Assembly: GCA_043818275.1 (NCBI GenBank) | Contig: JBDRFY010000080.1 | Location: 1-54,488, forward strand | DNA length: 54,488 nt | Source: a bacterium | GTDB lineage: Bacteria > Babelota > Babeliae > Babelales > JAUWHS01 | Direction: 5' to 3' | Shown: positions 1 to 10,106 of the stretch, one piece after another | Position numbering within the stretch: the first letter of the stretch is position 1 | How the letters are laid out: every line of letters starts with the position of its first letter | Translations under genes and position numbers: made by a program | Notes under the pieces: model-generated | The model's input: only the letters and a program-made list of their open reading frames with translations | What the model was told of the DNA's origin: nothing | Database searches by the model: none

Positions 1-1404
1 ATCCAACGATGTTATAAAGTTGAATTTTTTGTGAGGAGTTGGGGCATAATAATCAGCGCCAATACCAAAAGTATTTTCATAAAGTCCGGCCCGCAAAACT
101 AAACGATCAAAACGTTTACCAAATTGAAAGCCAAAGAAAATATCATTTTTAGTCCTGGTAGTCGTTTCTAATCTATCCGGATTATTTATTAAAGCAATTT
201 TTGCAGCAGTTCTGTTGTCAGCTTCTACATCACCACCCTTAGATGGGCCAGCTAATTCTGGAGCTAAATAATCCTCAGGAATAAGCCTTGTTCCATCCTC
301 AGTCATTCGTTCAAAAATCGTATCCTGCCTTTTCATGCTGCCAAATTCATCAGTGCCAATTTGAAACATATAAAAATAATCATCATTAGGTCTAATTTTT
401 AAATCCACATAACCTTTGCCTAGCCACTCGCGAACTAAAGTTTCTGAACGCATATCAACGCTAATCGCCAAGGTTTGAGCTTTTCCGACATAATCCTTAA
501 ATCCCTTAATTGTTTGTTTAAGATCGTAATAAGTCTCATCTTCATTTATAAGTTTTCCAAGAACACCTTTTCCTGTATTAATTTTTTCCGCAACCTGTTC
601 AGCTTCTTTAAATGTTTCTTTTGCCTGAACTGAAGTTTCATCTAAACTCTGAAATGCTCCTCCAGCCTTTTCACTTGCATCTGAAAGCTTCGGCAGCGTA
701 TCATCTGCAAAAGCCAGAGTAATTTTATCAAAATCTTTTCTAAAACTTGGAACTGTTAAATCTAGGTGTCCCATAACTTTGCGCATATCAACAAGAGTCG
801 AATTTAAATTTTCTTCATTTTTCTTTAACGTACGATCAAGAACTTCAGAGAAATCTGCAATCCGATTTGATGCTTTTGCCACTCCATCAAGCGCCAGTTT
901 CATGTTTTGCTCTCCCTGTGGAGTTGCAAAAACACTTCTTAAAGATGTGGCTAAATCCTGAATACTTGTTGCAATTCCCTTGAATTGATCTAACAACTCT
1001 CCAACGCTTGCAGGAGATTTTCCAGGCATAGAAAGAGTGCTTCCTGGCATTAAAAGTCCGGTTGAGGGGTCACCCGGATAAATTTCCAATATTTTTGTAC
1101 CGATTAGTCCTTCCTGCGCAATTGTACCATAAGCATTTCTCGCTAATTTATTTTTTTTATTAATACGTATATTAACTTCAGCTTTACCACCCTCATGTAA
1201 AAGAACATTGTCAACCCAACCAACATCAACTCCCGCAATGCGGACAGGAGCTTTCACTTCAAGGCCACCTGTATCATCAAAATAAGTTTTATATTCATAA
1301 TATTGATGTTGATCCAATCGCAAAAGTTTAATGTTGATACTTAAATAAAGGAATACCACTATGGATCCCAAAATAAAGATTCCAACACGTGTTTCTGTTT
1401 TCAC
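1..1404 (-). CDS. mlaD: MCE/MlaD family protein with long helical region and beta-rich C-terminal part (3' end runs off the window)
   Basis: Not in the ORF track; translated by hand at both ends. GTG at 1404 behind AGGTGAG gives MKTETRVGIFILGSIVVFLYLS..YFDDTGGLEVKAPVRIAGVDVGWV, the MCE signature. The same frame reads ..GKRFDRLVLRAGLYENTFGIGADYY.. at the window edge. Confidence 0.85.
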   Translation of the reverse strand, partial: MKTETRVGIFILGSIVVFLYLSINIKLLRLDQHQYYEYKTYFDDTGGLEVKAPVRIAGVDVGWVDNVLLHEGGKAEVNIRINKKNKLARNAYGTIAQEGLIGTKILEIYPGDPSTGLLMPGSTLSMPGKSPASVGELLDQFKGIATSIQDLATSLRSVFATPQGEQNMKLALDGVAKASNRIADFSEVLDRTLKKNEENLNSTLVDMRKVMGHLDLTVPSFRKDFDKITLAFADDTLPKLSDASEKAGGAFQSLDETSVQAKETFKEAEQVAEKINTGKGVLGKLINEDETYYDLKQTIKGFKDYVGKAQTLAISVDMRSETLVREWLGKGYVDLKIRPNDDYFYMFQIGTDEFGSMKRQDTIFERMTEDGTRLIPEDYLAPELAGPSKGGDVEADNRTAAKIALINNPDRLETTTRTKNDIFFGFQFGKRFDRLVLRAGLYENTFGIGADYYAPTPHKKFNFITSLD

Positions 1405-1428
1405 TTAACTCACCTTTTTTATTTCAAA

Positions 1429-2559
1429 TTAAAGCCAATAAATTCTTATAACTTTAAATTGCTCCTTACTTGTTTCTTGCACAGCTTTTTCGTTGGCCGA
1501 AGTTTGTTGAGGAGGTTTTGTTTTATTTTCTTGTTTATTTTTACTCTCAGTTTTTTTCTCTAACTTTAAAATCGCCAGCAACTTACTTTGAACATCGCCA
1601 ACTATTCCACAAGATATCACAGAATATACTTTTGGACCAAATTCTTGTGACAAAATATTTTTTATATTATCTAAAAATTTAGGTTTTTTTTCATAAATTG
1701 GCAATAAAAAATCCCAACTTGCATCCCAATTTTTACCCAAATCCTTTTTAAATGCCTCAACAACTTTAGCAAAATTATCTTTTAATTTATCCGCATCATC
1801 AGCAAGTGGACGTCTAATATTTAACACCGCGCACATAGAATCAGATAAAAATAAAGGTTCAATTTTTTCACCTTCTGTCCAGATTGTAAAAAGATCCTGC
1901 AAAGAAATTTCTGTATTTTCTTGTGATCGTTTTTTCGGCATTGGATCTCTTGGCGGTTCATAAAAAATATTTAAAACATCTAAATCAGAAACGTTTAAAA
2001 TTTCAGTAATATCGTCAAATTTTCGATCTCTTTTTTTAAAAAATTCCGAAAGTTTATTATAAATTTGTCCAGCCGGAAGCTTACCTTTTATTTCAAGACC
2101 CTTTAATAAAAAATCATAATCTTTTTTAAACTCACCCTTTTTAAAATCAAATGCGTTATTAATATTTATTTTTCCATTTTCACTTGATATACAAATTTTA
2201 ACCTTACCATCAATACCATCAAAATCCTCTTTCAATTCAAAAGTCTGCCAACGATTTAAATTCGGTAAAATTTTTGCCAACCATCTTTTTGTGTTCTCAT
2301 TCGGATCAGCTTTTATTCCCTGCGTTGGAGCTGTTTGAACAGAAGATTTATCTACAGGCTGCTTTTCCGTTAATTGAGCAATTGCCAAATTTATACCACT
2401 TAAAGCTAAAACCTGCGCCTGCTCTTTCTGAATCATTGTTTTATCAAAAGTGGTTCCAACCAGAACAGATCGTACCAGTTGCTGAGTTAAAATAAGAATT
2501 ACGGAAAGAATTAATAAAGTAAAAATTAAAACGGTACCACTTTTTTTTGAATAAAACAT
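1429..2559 (-). CDS. gspK: Type II secretion minor pseudopilin GspK-like
   Basis: KSG|TVLIFTLLIL prepilin-like N-terminus; 'QAQVLALSGINLA' and 'ENGKININ' GspK motifs; last gene of the gspF-K run. Confidence 0.8.
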   Translation of the reverse strand: MFYSKKSGTVLIFTLLILSVILILTQQLVRSVLVGTTFDKTMIQKEQAQVLALSGINLAIAQLTEKQPVDKSSVQTAPTQGIKADPNENTKRWLAKILPNLNRWQTFELKEDFDGIDGKVKICISSENGKININNAFDFKKGEFKKDYDFLLKGLEIKGKLPAGQIYNKLSEFFKKRDRKFDDITEILNVSDLDVLNIFYEPPRDPMPKKRSQENTEISLQDLFTIWTEGEKIEPLFLSDSMCAVLNIRRPLADDADKLKDNFAKVVEAFKKDLGKNWDASWDFLLPIYEKKPKFLDNIKNILSQEFGPKVYSVISCGIVGDVQSKLLAILKLEKKTESKNKQENKTKPPQQTSANEKAVQETSKEQFKVIRIYWL

Positions 2560-2570
2560 TTTAACTATCC

Positions 2571-3584
2571 TCAGGTTACCTGTTGGGGTGGTTTTGGTAT
2601 AACGGGTGTCGCAGGAGGAACTCCTTTCTGACCTGGTTGTGTTAATTTCTGTTCTGGCTTTGCTCTTTGATCACCAGGTTTTTCTTCTGAAGGTTTTTGA
2701 GTTGGATAAGATGAAATTGGAATCAGGCATTCAAAACTACTTTCCTTTTCTAATTTTTCATCCCAAAAAGTTATAAAAACATCAACCATTTCCGGTACAA
2801 GATTTTCTGTTTCTTTTGTATTTCCCCAAATAAATAATCTTGTTTTTTCAACCTCTTCTTTTGCAAAAACAGATTTTTTTTTAGATAAATCCCGATCACC
2901 CTGAGCCTGTCGAAGGGCTTCACTTTGGTCTGCAATATATTCAACAAATAAATTTTTTACATTGTCCACAATCAAATAAGTTTTTATATCAGATTTTTTA
3001 TCCCGCTGAATAATTGAATCATCTTCTTTAAATTTAAAATTCTCCAAATCAGTTGTCTCTCTTCTTAGTAAATTATAAACAATTTTATCTTGACGACTTT
3101 TTTCTTTATCTTTGACTAACTCATACATGACTCTGACAAGCATAACTCTTTTCTCAGAATAAATTCGTAACGCATTAGTTGTTATAAAATTTAAAGATTT
3201 AAAAAGCTCTCTTCTTTTACCTTTTATCTTTTCTTCAAAATCAGGCAAAATTTCTCCGACAAAATAATTCTTTTGGTCTTCTTTTTCTTTATCCTTATCA
3301 GCTATAGGTTTAATTGTAGAAGCTTCTTTTTTGCCCTCTTCCGGTTTCCTTCGACTAAGCTCAGGATGAACGGGTGTGTTTAAAAATGGAATAAATGAAG
3401 AACTTAAATCCCGTTCTAATTGATTAAAAAATAAACAAATTTTTCTGTTTAAAACCATTAAATTTCGCGACCTATCAATCATATTTGAAACATTACGATA
3501 TCCCTGAAGCATCCCAAGGATAACAAAACTTGAAATAGAAAGAGCTATAAGTAATTCTAAAATTGTAAAACCTTGTTTTCTCAT
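2571..3584 (-). CDS. gspJ: Type II secretion pseudopilin GspJ-like, carrying two in-frame repeat insertions
   Basis: KQG|FTILELLIAL N-methylation motif, 'QLERDL' helix, position between gspI and gspK. Confidence 0.8.
   Translation of the reverse strand: MRKQGFTILELLIALSISSFVILGMLQGYRNVSNMIDRSRNLMVLNRKICLFFNQLERDLSSSFIPFLNTPVHPELSRRKPEEGKKEASTIKPIADKDKEKEDQKNYFVGEILPDFEEKIKGKRRELFKSLNFITTNALRIYSEKRVMLVRVMYELVKDKEKSRQDKIVYNLLRRETTDLENFKFKEDDSIIQRDKKSDIKTYLIVDNVKNLFVEYIADQSEALRQAQGDRDLSKKKSVFAKEEVEKTRLFIWGNTKETENLVPEMVDVFITFWDEKLEKESSFECLIPISSYPTQKPSEEKPGDQRAKPEQKLTQPGQKGVPPATPVIPKPPQQVT
2891..2918 (+). repeat. Repeat family A copy (CCCGATCACCCTGAGCCTGTCGAAGGGC) inside gspJ; encodes ALRQAQGDR
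   Basis: GC-rich island in an AT-rich gene; shares the CCTGAGC..GTCGAAGG core with 3347-3374, 26715-26739 and 40578-40634. Confidence 0.85.
3347..3374 (-). repeat. Repeat family A copy (minus strand CCCGTTCATCCTGAGCTTAGTCGAAGGA) inside gspJ; encodes PVHPELSRR
   Basis: Nearly identical to the intergenic copy at 26715-26739; opposite orientation to the 2891 copy. Confidence 0.85.
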
Positions 3585-3976
3585 TTCTTTTCTTCTTTTG
3601 GTCTTAAAACTAATTCAAACATTTTTAAGCTTCCGGGCCCAATATCCGTAGTCCATTGACCAGTTGATTCCAAAATTTGAATTTCATCCACATAATCATT
3701 TAATGATGATTTTTTTTCTATATTTTTAAGAACTGTTGTTATTTTTAAATTTAAATCTTCAAATTCTTTAATAATTGGTTTTTTAATTTTTGATAACTCA
3801 AAAAATTTCTCATACAATTCTTTTTTTATTAAAAATACACGACTAATAGATTCGCGACCTTTCAAAACTCTTAAAAAAGAACGAACCTGCAAGCTGCTCA
3901 AAATTGTCACCGAAACCGCAAGAATCGTAATCGCGATTAATGTTTCAAGTAAAGTAAAAGCTTCTTTTTTTTTCAT
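3581..3976 (-). CDS. gspI: Type II secretion pseudopilin GspI-like
   Basis: KEA|FTLLETLIAI prepilin motif, 131 aa, gene order. Confidence 0.75.
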   Translation of the reverse strand: MKKKEAFTLLETLIAITILAVSVTILSSLQVRSFLRVLKGRESISRVFLIKKELYEKFFELSKIKKPIIKEFEDLNLKITTVLKNIEKKSSLNDYVDEIQILESTGQWTTDIGPGSLKMFELVLRPKEEKK

Positions 3977-4527
3977 TTTTCTGGTTTTAAGAAACCTTCA
4001 TACATAACAAATTCCCCCTGAAATGGCATCATTTTAAAACTGACTTTAGATTCTTTTTCATCTTTTCTTCGAATCATGCGAATCATTACATCCTGAACCA
4101 AACCATCTGGAACAACATAGCAATAACCAACATTTTTGTTTTCTTCAAACATTTCTTTTCCGCCACTATAAAAAGCAACCATTTTTATTGATTCATCAAA
4201 TTCATATTTCGTATCAAAATAATAAGATCTAACCTGTTCATAAATTTTTTTCGTAGGATTTTCTTCGTCTATACCCTCTTCCTGAACAATTATAAAATCC
4301 GGTTCATTTTGATTTGATTTAAACAACAAACGATAAATTTTTTTATCAGATACAGCCTCCTGACGAGCAAAAAAAACCATGTTGTTAAGATCATCCAAAA
4401 CATTTTGCCATTCAGTCTGAGGCTTTCGCCAATATAATCTTGGAATAACAATGGTTGCCATAATTCCAACCAGAATTATAACAACCATCATTTCAATTAA
4501 GGTAAATGCTGGAATTTTTTTCATCAT
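3973..4527 (-). CDS. gspH: Type II secretion pseudopilin GspH-like
   Basis: IPA|FTLIEMMVVI..P motif, 'ARQEAV' helix, follows gspG. Confidence 0.75.
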   Translation of the reverse strand: MMKKIPAFTLIEMMVVIILVGIMATIVIPRLYWRKPQTEWQNVLDDLNNMVFFARQEAVSDKKIYRLLFKSNQNEPDFIIVQEEGIDEENPTKKIYEQVRSYYFDTKYEFDESIKMVAFYSGGKEMFEENKNVGYCYVVPDGLVQDVMIRMIRRKDEKESKVSFKMMPFQGEFVMYEGFLKPEK

Positions 4528-4952
4528 GCACCAGCGCTTAAAGGCTTATTTTCTCCTTCAGGCCCTTCAGAAATTATTTCAAAATATTTATATTTTTTAT
4601 ATCTTACAGGTGGAATATTATATTCAAATTCATTTCCCCATGCATCAAGAGGAACTGCTTCCTGAGCTTCAAGATAAGGACCATCCCATTTTTCATTTCC
4701 TTTTATATTTGGTCGTGTAATTAAAGCATCAAGACCACCATCTTTTTGTGTTGGAAAATGTAACATATCTTGTTTATAATCTACCAACGCTGTTTTTAAT
4801 GCTGCCAATGTTGATTTTGTGGCACTTACATTTCCTTTAGTAAATAAACCAATAGCACGAGGACCAACTAATGTTGCCAGAAGACCTATAATAAAAACAA
4901 CAACCAAAATTTCTATCATTGTAAATGCATCACGCTTTGCGCTCTTTATCAT
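4524..4952 (-). CDS. gspG: Type II secretion major pseudopilin GspG
   Basis: FTMIEILVVVFIIGLLATLVGP, 'FPT..GGLDALI.RP', 'WDGPYL', 'PLDAWGNEFEY'. Confidence 0.93.
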   Translation of the reverse strand: MIKSAKRDAFTMIEILVVVFIIGLLATLVGPRAIGLFTKGNVSATKSTLAALKTALVDYKQDMLHFPTQKDGGLDALITRPNIKGNEKWDGPYLEAQEAVPLDAWGNEFEYNIPPVRYKKYKYFEIISEGPEGENKPLSAGA

Positions 4953-4975
4953 AAAAAATCTCCTTCGCTAAAAAA

Positions 4976-6190
4976 TTAAATTCCTGAAATATCACCCATT
5001 TCCATGATAGGCATAAAAATAGAAACCAATAAAAAGCCAACAATAACTCCCATAACAATTGTCATAGCAGGTCCAATTTTTGAAGTTAAACGATCAATAT
5101 TTTCATTAAGTTCAACTTCGTAATCATTGCCAACGGTTAAAAGCATAACATCAAGTTTTCCAGATTGCTCCCCAGTGCTGATCATGTAACTGGCAATTGA
5201 TGGAAAAATTCCTGTTTGTTTTAAATACTTTGAAATTTTACCTTCCTTAATAATTTTATCCCGGGCCTCCTGTAATTTAAAACTTAAAACCTGGTTATCA
5301 ACAATATTACATACTATATCCAAAGCTTCAGATAAAATTACACCACTCTCCACCAGCATCCCCAAGGTTTTACAAAACTGAACCACGGCTCTGGTTCTGG
5401 CAAAATAAGAAACAACAGGAAGTCTTAAAAATATTGAATCCAATTTATATCTTCCTGCTTTTGTACTTCTCCAGTAAACAAAGAATACGATGACCGACAA
5501 AAATAAAACAGTTAAAATAATAAAATTTTCGCGGGTAAAATTAGATATAAAAATTAAAAATTCTGTTGGTGCCGGAAGCTCTTTTTTCATTTTTGAAAAC
5601 ATGCTTTCAATTCTTGGAACCAATACTGTTAACATTCCAATAAGAACCAACAAAGAAAAAGATAGCAGTAACAATGGATAAGCAATTGCTTTTTTTATTC
5701 GTTTTTCTGTCTCTTCTGTTTTTTCAAGATAAGAAGTTAAACGATCCAGTAAAATATCCAGTTTGCCACTAGCCTCTCCGGCCTTTACCAACTGAACATA
5801 AACTTTTGGAAATATTTTAGGATAATTGGCAAGCTGAGACGCAAAAGATTCCCCTGCTTTTACACCATCTTTAATATTAACCAAAACTCTTTTAAGCCGA
5901 CCTTCAAATTGATCAATCAATAATTCTAAAGCCTGCAATAACGGAACACCGGAGCGCAATAAAATTGATAATTGTTTTGTAAAATTAATTTTTGTTCTTA
6001 AATCTACTTGTTTTTCAAAAAAACTTTTCCATGAAAATCTCGTAGCTTCTACGGTTGCTTCAGTCAAACTTACAGGCATTAATCCCTGGCCTCTTAAAAT
6101 TTCTTTTGCTGTTTGTAATGAGGAAGCATCAATAGTTCCTTTGATTCTGCTTCCCCGCCGGCTAAAGGAATCATATTGATAAAGAGGCAT
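4976..6190 (-). CDS. gspF: Type II secretion inner membrane platform protein GspF/PilC
   Basis: 'FTKQLSILLRSGVPLLQAL', 'AGEASGKLD', 'GEQSGKLD.ML', about 400 aa, three TM segments. Confidence 0.95.
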   Translation of the reverse strand: MPLYQYDSFSRRGSRIKGTIDASSLQTAKEILRGQGLMPVSLTEATVEATRFSWKSFFEKQVDLRTKINFTKQLSILLRSGVPLLQALELLIDQFEGRLKRVLVNIKDGVKAGESFASQLANYPKIFPKVYVQLVKAGEASGKLDILLDRLTSYLEKTEETEKRIKKAIAYPLLLLSFSLLVLIGMLTVLVPRIESMFSKMKKELPAPTEFLIFISNFTRENFIILTVLFLSVIVFFVYWRSTKAGRYKLDSIFLRLPVVSYFARTRAVVQFCKTLGMLVESGVILSEALDIVCNIVDNQVLSFKLQEARDKIIKEGKISKYLKQTGIFPSIASYMISTGEQSGKLDVMLLTVGNDYEVELNENIDRLTSKIGPAMTIVMGVIVGFLLVSIFMPIMEMGDISGI

Positions 6191-6328
6191 AAAAACCTTT
6201 CTTTAGTCATAAGATTATAAATAAACTTGCAAAAAAAATTTATGTCGTGTTAACATTTTTTCGTTTAAACTATATTATTAATAATTCCAAATGTATAACT
6301 TTTGTAATTTATCAAAAAGGGGGAAAAG

Positions 6329-7438
6329 ATGAAAATAAAAAAAATTCTTACAACTTTAATACTTCTTTTATGTATCAACTCTTTAAATATCTCCAGCTTT
6401 GCCAAAACTTCCGCCAAAACATCAGATGATCAACAAACGCTTGAAAAATTTTTCAGGCAAACTCCTTTGCAGGTAAGTACTTATAGCATCAAATATTTCT
6501 TTAAAAATAGTTACTCAACTCTTTATGACCTGACACAATACAGAAGTGTAAAAAATACAAAAACAGTCTTATTCAATAAATCAATGTCTGAATATATCAG
6601 AACAATATTTAATCTTGATGAATATCCAGAATATATTTCTCAAAACGGTATTCCTATTATCGAATACCTGGAACTTTGCAATGAATTAAATATCGACACG
6701 GAAAGAGTCTATTCCGGATTACGCCTTTTTTATAATAAATTAAAAGGATGCGAATTAATTGATGATACTGTTGTTAATCAATTATTAAGCAAAACACCAA
6801 ATCTGCTTGCGCCATATTTTGATACAACAGAAAAGAAAGCTTCTCCATTTGTGTCATTAAGCTATAACATTGAACGTTTATTATATTCAAAATTTACTCA
6901 GGATATAGATTTATTCCAACAAGCTCCTGATATTTTTTTAACCGATTTATCAGATGCAATAAGCAGTCTGACTCAAAATACTTTTAACAAAATTGAAGAA
7001 AGTAAAAATGAAAAAGAAATATTGCAACGTTTAAGACAAACAACAATTAAAACATTTGAATTACTAATAAATAAAACAATTTGGGATTATCAACAATATG
7101 AAAGAATATGGTATTCAGTTTTATCAATCGCAAATGGCTGTGAAAATTTGGCCGCAAATCAAATTATTACACACATTGATGACCTGGATGAATTATTATG
7201 GTCTTTAATTGAAAGATTCTGTTTCTTTTTAGATTTTGCAGGAGCAGCTCTTCCCGTAAGCTTTTACGAAATTATCGAAAATGATCTTGAAAGCAAGGTT
7301 GTATTCTTTTTGGAAGAATCAGAATTAGACGAAGGAATAAAAACGAAGAAAGAACGGTTAATCAAAAGTTTAATCTCGGCAAAAGCAAAAGCCATTGCGG
7401 CTGAAAGAGGAATCCTTGCCGATTCAACAATTATTTAA
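6329..7438 (+). CDS. Hypothetical exported helical protein
   Basis: 369-aa ORF with GGGGGA RBS and Sec signal peptide (SFA|K); ends at a bidirectional terminator. Confidence 0.8.
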   Translation: MKIKKILTTLILLLCINSLNISSFAKTSAKTSDDQQTLEKFFRQTPLQVSTYSIKYFFKNSYSTLYDLTQYRSVKNTKTVLFNKSMSEYIRTIFNLDEYPEYISQNGIPIIEYLELCNELNIDTERVYSGLRLFYNKLKGCELIDDTVVNQLLSKTPNLLAPYFDTTEKKASPFVSLSYNIERLLYSKFTQDIDLFQQAPDIFLTDLSDAISSLTQNTFNKIEESKNEKEILQRLRQTTIKTFELLINKTIWDYQQYERIWYSVLSIANGCENLAANQIITHIDDLDELLWSLIERFCFFLDFAGAALPVSFYEIIENDLESKVVFFLEESELDEGIKTKKERLIKSLISAKAKAIAAERGILADSTII

Positions 7439-7440
7439 AT

Positions 7441-7470
7441 AAAAGATCCGCTCTTTCGGGCGGATCTTTT
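7441..7470. terminator. Bidirectional intrinsic terminator
   Basis: AAAAGATCCGCTC-TTTC-GGGCGGATCTTTT between convergent genes. Confidence 0.85.
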
Positions 7471-8789
7471 TATGTAACACAAGTTCCCAATTCTGTGAAT
7501 CTAAATTTCTGATCCTCAATAACTTTTCTCATACTTTGAACCATTTTAGCCGTTACCGGCTTGGATAATTGTTTTACAATAATCGATAAATTTTCATTAA
7601 ATTTATATGGGTTAACACCCCAGCCACCAAATGAATCTGGCAACGTTATAAAATGCAATTCATTAAAAGAAATTAACAGTTGCTGTTTATCTTTTATTTC
7701 AAAATCTTCCTGTTCAACAAAACGTCGTTGATACGTAACCATTCCTAGTTTTTGATTAGATTTACCATCCAATACATCCCATGTTGTTATGCTCTTTGCA
7801 ATATTTGCAACATAACCTGTTGATAGCCGGGCTTTAAAAACTTCTGTTTTTTCTTCGAATTTAGTTCTTTTCATTAAAATTTTTCTGTCAGAAAAATTAA
7901 ATTCTATTTCATCACCAATTCCACCATTATCATCGCCACCTTTCCAAATCCAATTCCATCCTTCTGAATAATATTTAGGCTGTGAGGGTAAAAGAGGATC
8001 AATAACTGTTATGTTATAAATTCCATTTTTAATCAATTGATAAATATCTACTCCTCCAGCAATATAAACAATTTCATAGCCTTTTTGCGCAACCTTTTTT
8101 AACTCATCAATGCTGCCTTGATGCCAATGTTTCCAACCCTGACTGGCAAGATAAAACCACATAACAGAATAAAGCATACGAACAATTGGGTGACTATCTT
8201 CATTGGATACCAATTCCTCAAACACAGGAAATGTTTTGGGCGAAAAACAAAAATCATAAAATCTGTTGGCGGTTGCAAATAAAAACTGATATTTTTTCAA
8301 ATAATCTTTATGATCAAATAATAATTCAAATAATTCTGTATATTTATTAATAATAAGGCTACTGCCAATTTCCTCTTCCTCAAAATTCATCATTGGCTCA
8401 ACAAAACCTAAATCTTTTAAATGAGCAACAAATCCCAAAACATCATTTTGCAATAATCCATAAAGTTCTCTTAAATATTTTTTAAAATTGGCATTACTTA
8501 TTTCTTTATCTTCGAAATCCAGTAAATTGAAAGTTTTATATTCCGGAAAAATATGGAAAAAACCGGATAATGTTTTTATTAAATTTGCATGCAAATAACA
8601 CTTGCTTTTAACGTTGGATAACAAATCACTATTTAAATACTTACCCATATCTTCAATATTTACATCTGAAAAAATTTGTTGAATTTGCGTCCATCTTCCA
8701 AAAACTTCTTTTTCTGCATCCTTTTTAACAGCGCAATTTATGGAAGAAAAAATAATACAAGAAACAAAAATAGTTTTTAAAATCCTCAT
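7470..8789 (-). CDS. Hypothetical exported protein (possible lipoprotein)
   Basis: 439-aa ORF with signal peptide ending SSINC; no family recognised. Confidence 0.75.
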   Translation of the reverse strand: MRILKTIFVSCIIFSSINCAVKKDAEKEVFGRWTQIQQIFSDVNIEDMGKYLNSDLLSNVKSKCYLHANLIKTLSGFFHIFPEYKTFNLLDFEDKEISNANFKKYLRELYGLLQNDVLGFVAHLKDLGFVEPMMNFEEEEIGSSLIINKYTELFELLFDHKDYLKKYQFLFATANRFYDFCFSPKTFPVFEELVSNEDSHPIVRMLYSVMWFYLASQGWKHWHQGSIDELKKVAQKGYEIVYIAGGVDIYQLIKNGIYNITVIDPLLPSQPKYYSEGWNWIWKGGDDNGGIGDEIEFNFSDRKILMKRTKFEEKTEVFKARLSTGYVANIAKSITTWDVLDGKSNQKLGMVTYQRRFVEQEDFEIKDKQQLLISFNELHFITLPDSFGGWGVNPYKFNENLSIIVKQLSKPVTAKMVQSMRKVIEDQKFRFTELGTCVT

Positions 8790-8807
8790 TACTACCTTTC
8801 AACTTTT

Positions 8808-10088
8808 TTAGAAAATGATAGAAACTTGTCCTCCAAATGTATATGGACAAATTACCTGACGACCTGTTATCGGAAGTTTTACAAATAAGCTGGCCTGAGG
8901 TTTAATTTTTGAATTTTTAAATTCCTCGAAAAAGTCATAATTTAATTGCAAAATAAAATTATGTGACGTCCATTCTTTTAAACTTTGAGCTGAATTTATA
9001 ACAGAATAAATAAAATCATCAGATCTAGCAGTCAACTTATCATCTTCATGTTTTATAAATTGATAAGATAAACGAGAAGATAACCCCTTATAAAAATGAA
9101 AGGTTTCTAAATACAAATTAAATTTCCAGGTCAGACCAAAATTTTTGGTCGCATCTCCCTTTTCCAATAAAAAATAATCTGTCTGATATTCGTGTGTTTT
9201 TAATCTTCTTACTCTCGATTCATCAAGAAGATATAAAATTTCTACCTCTAAGCCGGCTTTGACATGACTTACAAAAAATAAATCCAACCCTATTCCCAAA
9301 GGAATTCCCCATGCCCCATCATTTCCCAACGGCAAACTAAACGCTTTGTCTTCATTTTTTTCTTTACCTGTTGGCGCAGTAAGACCACCATGAATATTTA
9401 ATCTTACATTTTTTAAATATTCCTTATCCTGTTTGAAATCTTCATACCAATTTAAAATAAATGCCAAATCTCCCACACCACTTCCAGACCAATCTGAAAA
9501 ATAAAGATCACCATAAGTTTCTGCCAAATCATCCAATTGATTTGTTATGAATTGTTTTACATATAAATCCGCGGATAAAACATCCTTCGTTAAATCCACT
9601 CTTTTAACATTGTGAATTTTCATCCATTTGACAGGCGCGTAAACACAAAAATCAAATCGTCCGCCAATTGATTTAATTGGTAATTTCCATTGCCCCCACA
9701 ATGTTAAATCCGTTTCTTCAAAGTCACCTGTAAATTTAAAATGTCCACGAACTCCATCATCTGTAGCGGAACCAAAAACATATCCTAAATTATTTATAAT
9801 TTTCCATGGCTCTGTATCTTTTTCAAATCCGGCAAGCATTGCGATACTTGATTCAGTTTCATTCCAGAGATTTAAAATATTTGCCTTATCTTCATGTAAA
9901 TTTTTTCCCTTGCTGGTATTACCATATTCAATATTTACACCAAATTTCCAACTTTTATCTTTTATGTCTGTTGTTTTTAAATTAACATCATACGGACGAT
10001 AAAAATTTGTTGGCGCCATTGCAAAAGCTGGTATAGCTGTGAATACAAAACAAATTAAAAATATTTTTTTCACGTTAGATGCAAACAT
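8808..10088 (-). CDS. Probable outer-membrane beta-barrel protein
   Basis: Signal peptide (AFA|M), amphipathic strands, 'SGVGDL' and 'APTG' motifs typical of transporter-like barrels, C-terminal Phe (..GGQVSIIF). Confidence 0.7.
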   Translation of the reverse strand: MFASNVKKIFLICFVFTAIPAFAMAPTNFYRPYDVNLKTTDIKDKSWKFGVNIEYGNTSKGKNLHEDKANILNLWNETESSIAMLAGFEKDTEPWKIINNLGYVFGSATDDGVRGHFKFTGDFEETDLTLWGQWKLPIKSIGGRFDFCVYAPVKWMKIHNVKRVDLTKDVLSADLYVKQFITNQLDDLAETYGDLYFSDWSGSGVGDLAFILNWYEDFKQDKEYLKNVRLNIHGGLTAPTGKEKNEDKAFSLPLGNDGAWGIPLGIGLDLFFVSHVKAGLEVEILYLLDESRVRRLKTHEYQTDYFLLEKGDATKNFGLTWKFNLYLETFHFYKGLSSRLSYQFIKHEDDKLTARSDDFIYSVINSAQSLKEWTSHNFILQLNYDFFEEFKNSKIKPQASLFVKLPITGRQVICPYTFGGQVSIIF

Positions 10089-10106
10089 TTAAGATCCTTA
10101 CAAATT

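Noticed and set aside
779..961. 60-aa plus-strand ORF
   Set aside because: Antisense to the MCE/MlaD gene that occupies 1-1404.
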